Below are positions 58,029 through 64,000 of a DNA stretch of 64,000 nucleotides, piece by piece. The stretch is from assembly GCA_963699255.1 (NCBI GenBank), contig OY969425.1, positions 935,112 through 999,111 on the forward strand. The letters are read 5' to 3'. Within the stretch, counting starts at the first letter, position 1. Each line of letters starts with the position of its first letter. The stretch is from an uncultured bacterium (GTDB taxonomy: Bacteria; Margulisbacteria; WOR-1; CAVSGV01). The notes beneath the pieces are model-generated. The model worked only from the letters and a program-made list of their open reading frames with translations, had not been told where the DNA came from and ran no database searches. A program made the position numbers and the translations under genes.

Positions 58029-59852
58029 ATGAGATACATTTCGGAAACAATGAACCTGCGACTAAACCCCAACCAGGGTGTTGGGGTAAACGTCGCGGTT
58101 CCTTTTAGTGAACGTAAATCGCTCAGATTTTGGAACCGAGAAGTTTATTCTCAGGTTCCAAAAATTATTTGTTTATTGATCGTTTTGACCGCGGCATCTG
58201 CCGCCTTTCCGGCATCATCACACAGCATCCCGAACCAGACCGCGAACATATCCGCAACAAGAGCTGAGGCTTATTTCGCGCAGGGATATCTTTACTTCCT
58301 GGAGAAAAGTTATAATGAAGCCATACCGGAATTCGTTAAAGCGCTCCAGCTTGTGCCCGATATGGTTAAAGCTCGTTACTGGATGGCAAAGACTTATTAC
58401 CAGTTAGGGCGGTACAAGAACGTCGTAAATCAATGCTCCGCGGCTTTATCTGTCGCCCCGAAATATAAGAACGCGAGATCCCTTCTGCTTCGCGCGCAGA
58501 CAATGCTTGATACCGAAAAGGCACCACGGACAAAGGCGGTCAGGGCAAGGAAAAGAACAGGGATAAGAAGAACCATAACAAGAAGGACTGAAACAAGAAG
58601 AACTGAAACAAGCACGGCCACGGTAAACAGCAACTCACAACACACGATCTCCCTGGATCTAAGGAACGTGGACATAAGTTCGGTGCTTCAGATCCTCTCA
58701 AGGGAAACAGGTATCAGCATAATTGCCGGCTCCGACGTATACGGAAAAGTAACGGCCATATTGAACAATGTTCCGCCCCAGGAAGCTCTTGATACCATAC
58801 TTAAATCCAACGGCTATACATACACGAGGCAGGGCGACATCGTTCAGGTGTTCTCTTCATCCGAGCCCGCAAGAGTGGAAGAGCTTCCCGGAGGTGTATT
58901 TGTAAGGACGTTCATTATCAATTATGTGGGTCCCGACGAGCTTCTCTCGACCCTGACAAAGCTTATGCCCGAGGATACCAGCATATACACAACAAAAGGA
59001 AGCAAGACCGTGGTCGTAAAAGGATCCGCCAATGATATCAGGAGAGCGGAAGTCCTGATAAGGAACCTGGACATTCCCCCCCGTCAGGTAATGGTTGAGG
59101 CCAAGATAATCGAGGTGGACCTGAACGAAACTCAAACCTTGGGAATGAACAACTCCTGGACCAATCCGGACAACGCCACTCAGAACCTTCAAACAACTGG
59201 ACTTGCGAATCCGCCGACCGCCACCGGAGCAACAGGGCTTTATTACTCGATCACGGACCAGAACATCACATCCCTTGTTGAAGCGCTCTCAACCAGAACA
59301 GGCTTCAACATACTTTCCAGCCCGAAGGTCATGGCCCTGAACGAACAGAAAGCAGAAATAATGACCGGCTCGCAGCTTGGTTACTACGTAAATACCGTCA
59401 CGACCACCGGACTTGTGCAGAACGTTGAGTTCATGGATGTCGGCACAAAACTGGACATAACGCCATCGGTAAAGAGCGACGGCATGATCGTAATGGACAT
59501 TCACCCCGAAATATCTGACGGTTCGATCGTGAACAATCTCCCTCAAAAGAATTCAACGGAAACAACGACCCAGCTTATAGTGAAGGACGGGCAGACCATA
59601 ATAATCGGCGGGCTGGTAAGGGACACTCAACAAAAAGAGGTCCACGGAGTCCCTGTTCTTATGGACATACCGGTTCTTGGAGCCTTTCTTAAAAGGACGG
59701 AATATACTTCCGAGAAAAAGGAGATCATAGTGCTGATGACCCCCCACATAGTGAATTCGAAATATATAGAAGAAATGGAAAGTAAAGCCTCGGACATGGA
59801 AAAACAAAGAAGGGATATCACCCCCTCAATGCCTCTCGACCTTGTAAGGTAA
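58029..59852 (+). CDS. pilQ: Type IV pilus secretin (GspD/PilQ family) with N-terminal TPR-like region
   Basis: Secretin N-domain ISLDLRNVDISSVLQILSRETGISIIAG and C-terminal signature GVPVLMDIPVLGAFLKRTEYTSEKKEIIVLMTPHIV. Confidence 0.8.
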   Translation: MRYISETMNLRLNPNQGVGVNVAVPFSERKSLRFWNREVYSQVPKIICLLIVLTAASAAFPASSHSIPNQTANISATRAEAYFAQGYLYFLEKSYNEAIPEFVKALQLVPDMVKARYWMAKTYYQLGRYKNVVNQCSAALSVAPKYKNARSLLLRAQTMLDTEKAPRTKAVRARKRTGIRRTITRRTETRRTETSTATVNSNSQHTISLDLRNVDISSVLQILSRETGISIIAGSDVYGKVTAILNNVPPQEALDTILKSNGYTYTRQGDIVQVFSSSEPARVEELPGGVFVRTFIINYVGPDELLSTLTKLMPEDTSIYTTKGSKTVVVKGSANDIRRAEVLIRNLDIPPRQVMVEAKIIEVDLNETQTLGMNNSWTNPDNATQNLQTTGLANPPTATGATGLYYSITDQNITSLVEALSTRTGFNILSSPKVMALNEQKAEIMTGSQLGYYVNTVTTTGLVQNVEFMDVGTKLDITPSVKSDGMIVMDIHPEISDGSIVNNLPQKNSTETTTQLIVKDGQTIIIGGLVRDTQQKEVHGVPVLMDIPVLGAFLKRTEYTSEKKEIIVLMTPHIVNSKYIEEMESKASDMEKQRRDITPSMPLDLVR

Positions 59853-60545
59853 TCTGGGAACGGATTCAAGAAGCAGCTTCGTATAAGGATGCTTCGGATT
59901 CGAGTATAGCTCTTCAACCCCGCCAGTCTCTATTATCCGGCCGTTCTTCATGACCGCCAGCACGCCGCACATGAATTTAACGACTGACAGGTCATGGGCG
60001 ATAATAAGGAAGGTCAAAGCGAATTGAGCCTTCAGCTTCTTTAAAAGTTTCAATATCTCAAGCTGTACGGTCATATCAAGCGAGGAAACCGGCTCATCAA
60101 GAACGATGAATTTAGGCCTGATGCTCATGGCGCGCGCGATGCAGAGCCTCTGCCTCTCCCCTCCCGAGAGCTCGTGCGGATATCTATCCGCGTAGCTTTC
60201 ATCAAGGTCCACTTCGCGCAGGATCTCACTGATGTCCCTGGTTATCCCGTGAATTTTAAGCGGTTCCGCAAGGGCCTCCCCCACCTTCATCCTGGGATCG
60301 AGCGACGTATACGGGTTCTGGAATACGATCTGATAGTCCTTCCTTGAGAAGCCCGGAGAATATGTAACTTCTCCCGAAGAAGCGGATATCAGCTTCAGTA
60401 TGATCCTCGCGAGCGTCGTCTTGCCCGATCCCGATTCCCCGACAAGCCCGAAAGATCCGCCCTCGTCGATCGAAAAGCTCACGCTATCGAGCGCTTTTAA
60501 TCCGCCAAAAAGTTTTGAAATATTATTTACTTCCACTGATCTCAA
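59826..60545 (-). CDS. ABC transporter ATP-binding protein (OppF/DppF-like)
   Basis: Walker A GESGSGKTT, signature LSGGERQR, Walker B IVLDEP. Confidence 0.9.
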   Translation of the reverse strand: MRSVEVNNISKLFGGLKALDSVSFSIDEGGSFGLVGESGSGKTTLARIILKLISASSGEVTYSPGFSRKDYQIVFQNPYTSLDPRMKVGEALAEPLKIHGITRDISEILREVDLDESYADRYPHELSGGERQRLCIARAMSIRPKFIVLDEPVSSLDMTVQLEILKLLKKLKAQFALTFLIIAHDLSVVKFMCGVLAVMKNGRIIETGGVEELYSNPKHPYTKLLLESVPRLPYKVERH

Positions 60546-61327
60546 GGGTTCATCTCCCTGTAAGAGCTCACGAGCTTAGCCGTATAGGCGTCCTTCGGGA
60601 CGGCGATGATATCGCTGGAGCTCCCCTCTTCCACGATCCGGCCGTTCTGCATCACGTATATCCTGCCGCAAAGCATGGAGACAAGCGCTATGTTGTGAGA
60701 GATGAAAAGCATGGTCGTCTTAAGCTCCCGCAAAAGATCCAATATGTTCTTCTGCATCGTCACATCAAGGGCCGTTGTCGGTTCATCTGCAATAAGAAGG
60801 TCCGGAGAAAGCGCGTAAGCCATAGCCACCGCGACCCTCTGCTTCATCCCGCCGCTGAACTGGTGCGGATAGTCGTTCGCCCGCTGATGCGGGTCCTTTA
60901 TGTGTACCAGGTCCAGAAGTTCAACCGCCCTGTCCCAGGCCTGCTTCCTTGGAAGCCCCTGATGGATCCTGAACACCTCCGCTATCTGCTCTCCTATCTT
61001 GAATACCGGGTTCAGTGAGGAGAACGGGTCCTGGAACACCATTGAGATATCCCCGCCCCTTATTTCCTGCATCTCCGCTTCGGAAAGATTCAGCAGGTTC
61101 CTGCCTTTCCATTTGATCTCGCCATATATCTTTCCCGGCGGGTCGATCAACCTGAGTATCGCGAGCGCCAGCGAAGATTTGCCGCAGCCCGATTCCCCCA
61201 CAAGCCCCACGATCTCGCCTTTTTGAATGTAAAGACTCGCGTTCTCAACGGCTTTTTTGATATCATCCTTGTAGCCGTAGTGAACGGAAAGTTTTTGTAT
61301 GTCCAGCAGCCTGTCTTCCGTGTTCAT
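60542..61327 (-). CDS. ABC transporter ATP-binding protein (OppD/DppD-like)
   Basis: Walker A GESGCGKSS, signature FSGGMKQR, Walker B LIADEPTTALD. Confidence 0.9.
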   Translation of the reverse strand: MNTEDRLLDIQKLSVHYGYKDDIKKAVENASLYIQKGEIVGLVGESGCGKSSLALAILRLIDPPGKIYGEIKWKGRNLLNLSEAEMQEIRGGDISMVFQDPFSSLNPVFKIGEQIAEVFRIHQGLPRKQAWDRAVELLDLVHIKDPHQRANDYPHQFSGGMKQRVAVAMAYALSPDLLIADEPTTALDVTMQKNILDLLRELKTTMLFISHNIALVSMLCGRIYVMQNGRIVEEGSSSDIIAVPKDAYTAKLVSSYREMNP

Positions 61328-62148
61328 TCCTTTGGATTCAACTCCTCCCTTAAAGCTTCACCGACAAAGTAAAGAGAAAGCACCGCAAGAACTATCACAA
61401 GCCCGGGAATGACCGCCATCCACGGAGCATCCAGAAGATAAGACTGAGAATCCATCAGCATGTTCCCCCAGCTCGGCATGGGAGGCTGCACTCCGAGGCC
61501 GAGAAAGCTCAAGGCTGATTCGGTAAGTATCGCTCCGGCCGCCCCCAGAGTGCCGGCCACAATAACAGGAGGCAGAGCATTGGGAAGGATGTGCCTGAAT
61601 ATGATCCTGAGATCGCTGCAGCCTATCGCCCTAGCCGCTTCCACGAATTCGCGCTCCTTTATGGCCAGGAACTCCCCTCTTACAAGCCGCGCTATACCCA
61701 TCCAGGAAGTCGCGCCGATCACGATCATCACGTTGAATATGCTGGGCGTCAGGACCGACTGTATCGCTAGTATCAGAAAAATGGTCGGAAAGGAGAGCAT
61801 GATATCCGTAAAACGCATAATCACTTCATCAAGTATCCCGCCGTAATAGCCGGATACGCACCCGAACAGGATCCCGATCGTCAAGGAAACGGAAACAGCT
61901 ATCAGAGCGACCGAAAGGGATACTCTTCCCCCATATAAAAGGCGGCTGAAAATATCGCGCCCAAGATCATCTGTCCCGAATATGTGCCTCACCGAAGGCG
62001 CGGCGATATGGTCTTCCAGTATATCGTTCGGATCATACGGGGCAATAACAGGAGCGAACACCGCCAGAAAGAACAGAGCTGACAGTATTATCAGTCCGAA
62101 TAATGCGAGCTTATTTTTTTTCAGCATATCTGATCCTCGGGTCAACAA
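61324..62148 (-). CDS. ABC transporter permease (OppC/DppC-like)
   Basis: Polytopic; EAA-like loop FVEAARAIGCSDLRIIFRHILPN typical of binding-protein-dependent permeases. Confidence 0.85.
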   Translation of the reverse strand: MLTRGSDMLKKNKLALFGLIILSALFFLAVFAPVIAPYDPNDILEDHIAAPSVRHIFGTDDLGRDIFSRLLYGGRVSLSVALIAVSVSLTIGILFGCVSGYYGGILDEVIMRFTDIMLSFPTIFLILAIQSVLTPSIFNVMIVIGATSWMGIARLVRGEFLAIKEREFVEAARAIGCSDLRIIFRHILPNALPPVIVAGTLGAAGAILTESALSFLGLGVQPPMPSWGNMLMDSQSYLLDAPWMAVIPGLVIVLAVLSLYFVGEALREELNPKE

Positions 62149-63025
62149 CAGCGTACCCTATATCGGCCAAAAGGTTGCACAGGACTATCAAGACGGCGGT
62201 GAACAGGGTTATCCCCATGATAACAGGGTAATTCCTTGAAAATACGGCGGAAACGCCCAGCCGTCCCATTCCCGGCCATGCGAATATCGTCTCGATGATG
62301 AACGCGCCGCCGAAAAGGTCGGGAACCGAAAGACCGAGCAGCGTGACTATGGGTATGAGCGAATTCCTCAGCGCGTGCTTGAAAATGACTATGTTCTCCG
62401 GGAGCCCTTTCGCCCTGGCGACCTTAATGTATTCCTGTCCGAGCACTTCCAGCATGCTCGCCCTCTGGTACCTTGTTATTCCGGCAAGTCCCGAAATAAC
62501 CATCACCGCACATGGAAGGGCCAGATGGCCGAAAGGCGGGACCCATTCGAGCTTGAGAGAGAAAACAAGCATGAATATAAGGGCCAGCCAGAAGGACGGC
62601 ATGGACATGAAGACGAATGATATGACGGTAAAAAGATTATCGAAGACAGATCCTTTTTTTACGGCCGATATGACGCCGACAGGTATGGAGATAAGGAGGA
62701 TCAAAATGAACGAAAGGCCCGTTAACAGTAGCGTCGCGGGAAGTCTCTCGAATATCTCCTCGGCAACAGGTTTGCCGGAAATGTATGAATATCCAAAATT
62801 CAGGACCGCGGCGTTCTTAAGCCACATGACATACTGGACGGCTACGGGCTTATCGAGTCCCCAGTTCGAACGGATCCTGGCGAGTTCCTCCGGCTTCACG
62901 TTCGGGTCCGTGAAAAGTGATGTCGGATCCCCGGGAGCAAGATGCATCACAAAAAAAGTTATTAGGGTAATCCCTATTAACAAAGGTATTAGCTGTATTA
63001 ATCTTCTTACTATATATTTTTTCAT
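62111..63025 (-). CDS. ABC transporter permease (OppB/DppB-like)
   Basis: MKKYIVRRLIQLIPLLIGITLITFFVMHLAPGDP N-terminus and EAA-like loop YIKVARAKGLPENIVIFKHALRN. Confidence 0.85.
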   Translation of the reverse strand: MKKYIVRRLIQLIPLLIGITLITFFVMHLAPGDPTSLFTDPNVKPEELARIRSNWGLDKPVAVQYVMWLKNAAVLNFGYSYISGKPVAEEIFERLPATLLLTGLSFILILLISIPVGVISAVKKGSVFDNLFTVISFVFMSMPSFWLALIFMLVFSLKLEWVPPFGHLALPCAVMVISGLAGITRYQRASMLEVLGQEYIKVARAKGLPENIVIFKHALRNSLIPIVTLLGLSVPDLFGGAFIIETIFAWPGMGRLGVSAVFSRNYPVIMGITLFTAVLIVLCNLLADIGYAVVDPRIRYAEKK

Positions 63026-63029
63026 ATAA

Positions 63030-63150
63030 TTTCAAAATCCAAATGACAAAGCTCAAAGGAATCTATTAAATCCAAATCAAACAAAAACATTTCCCTTGAT
63101 TTGTCATTCTCAGATTCATTTGTCATTTGATATTTGTCATTTGTCATTAC
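63030..63150. repeat. Second copy of the TGTCATTTG-type intergenic repeat
   Basis: GATTCATTTGTCATTTGATATTTGTCATTTGTCATTA at about 63113-63149 nearly matches 30745-30786; it overlaps the last codons and stop of the substrate-binding gene. Confidence 0.65.
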
Positions 63151-64000
63151 TCTTTATGTAAACTTTCTCGATATCAACGAACAATCCTGCCGGGCCGGGT
63201 TCGGATAATCCTCCTACCCTGTCCCTTACCCCGGTCAGGACGTTCGGATACCACAGGAACACGTAAGGAGCGCTCCCCGTGATCTCCTTGTACATCCGCG
63301 CGTATATCTTCTTCCTGGCGGCTTTTGACTGTTCCCGTCTTCCGGCGTCAAGAAGCCTGTCCACTTTCGGATCGCTGTATCCGATAAAATTAAGCCCCGC
63401 CGGATACTGGCTTGAATGCCATATCGAATATGAATCGGGATCGATGCCCGTGGACCAGCCGATTATGACCGCGTCAAAATCTTTCGGGTCCTTTCGCGCG
63501 TTGATCACCTTCAGCAGCGCGCTCCATTCAAGCACCCTTATGTTCATCTTTACTCCGACCCGCTTGAATTGCTGTTGAAGTATCGTCGCGGCCTTTTCCC
63601 TCTCTTTGTTCCCGTGGTTCACCAGGACGGTGAATTCAAGGTTCCTCACTTTTGCCTTACGCAGAAGTTCCTTTGCTTTTGCGGGATCGTATCCATATTT
63701 ATCCACGTCATCGCTGTAAGCCCAGGAAACAGGCGCGGAAGGAGAGTATGCCGGCGAAGCCAATCCCATGAAGATAAGGCCGATTAGCTGCTTCCTGTTG
63801 ACCGCGTAAGACAGGGCTTTTCTAACTCTTACATCCGAGAACTTTGGCGACCTGAGGTTGAATCCGAGATAGGTATACAGAAGCGCGTCGTACTTATAAA
63901 GGTTCACGTGTTTTATCGGATGGAAATCTTTCGGAGGAATGTCCGTTACATCAATGTCCCCCGACCTGAGGGCTACAAGCGCGGTGTTCTCATCGGGGAT
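63137..64000 (-). CDS. ABC transporter substrate-binding protein (family 5, peptide/nickel type), N-terminal part outside the window
   Basis: C-terminal 256+ aa resemble Opp/Dpp-type binding proteins; the reading frame stays open to the window edge. Confidence 0.7.
   Translation of the reverse strand: MPDENTALVALRSGDIDVTDIPPKDFHPIKHVNLYKYDALLYTYLGFNLRSPKFSDVRVRKALSYAVNRKQLIGLIFMGLASPAYSPSAPVSWAYSDDVDKYGYDPAKAKELLRKAKVRNLEFTVLVNHGNKEREKAATILQQQFKRVGVKMNIRVLEWSALLKVINARKDPKDFDAVIIGWSTGIDPDSYSIWHSSQYPAGLNFIGYSDPKVDRLLDAGRREQSKAARKKIYARMYKEITGSAPYVFLWYPNVLTGVRDRVGGLSEPGPAGLFVDIEKVYIKSNDK

Overview
This 64-kb window looks like bacterial chromosome from a diderm organism (outer-membrane efflux protein, secretin and lipoboxes are present), and it is a mosaic of accessory and core segments. 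All calls rest on reading the six-frame translations and the DNA by eye; no database search or folding was run. (1) 1-7127: the right-hand part of an integrated plasmid/phage-like element (PD-(D/E)xK-like protein, XRE regulator, DUF2958, SSB, PriCT-1 replication protein, ParB-like protein) ending in a tRNA-fMet-derived 3' fragment. (2) 7238-11870: a 4.6-kb island (DUF134 regulator, NifX/NifB-like domain protein, MBL hydrolase, ArsR regulator, thioredoxin, ferredoxin-like peptide, methyltransferase, DUF2892) bracketed by two copies of a composite ~88-bp repeat that carries the tRNA 3'-terminal 17-mer twice. (3) 12026-15952: secreted lipoproteins, including a YVTN beta-propeller and a PEGA-domain protein. 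(4) 16885-21207: a defense-type island with an ORF6N-domain gene flanked by ~110-bp direct repeats, a BglII-like restriction endonuclease with an N4-cytosine-type methyltransferase, two small divergent genes, a stand-alone GIY-YIG nuclease-domain gene and a coiled-coil gene. (5) 21309-28039: an efflux operon (TolC-like with an apparent frameshift, RND pump, MFS DHA2, MBL hydrolase, tautomerase) with no periplasmic adaptor gene. (6) 31788-34005: an APC-type permease fused to a C-terminal PII (GlnB-like) domain, followed by a stand-alone PII gene; I rate this the most unusual architecture in the window. (7) 36826-39060: membrane pyrophosphatase. (8) 40869-45587: rpoN, a canonical sigma-54 activator, a small unknown gene and a second activator-like regulator with degenerate ATPase motifs. 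(9) tRNA-Leu(UAA), S1-domain protein, FtsB-like protein, enolase. (10) 48479-59852: a complete type IV pilus cluster (pilD, REC, pilB, pilC, pilT, pilin, two minor pilins, pilM-pilN fusion, pilO(P), pilQ). (11) 59826-64000: an Opp/Dpp-type ABC transporter operon, with the substrate-binding gene running off the window. Several intergenic regions carry a recurrent family of low-complexity hairpin-forming repeats. No CRISPR array or rRNA was seen.
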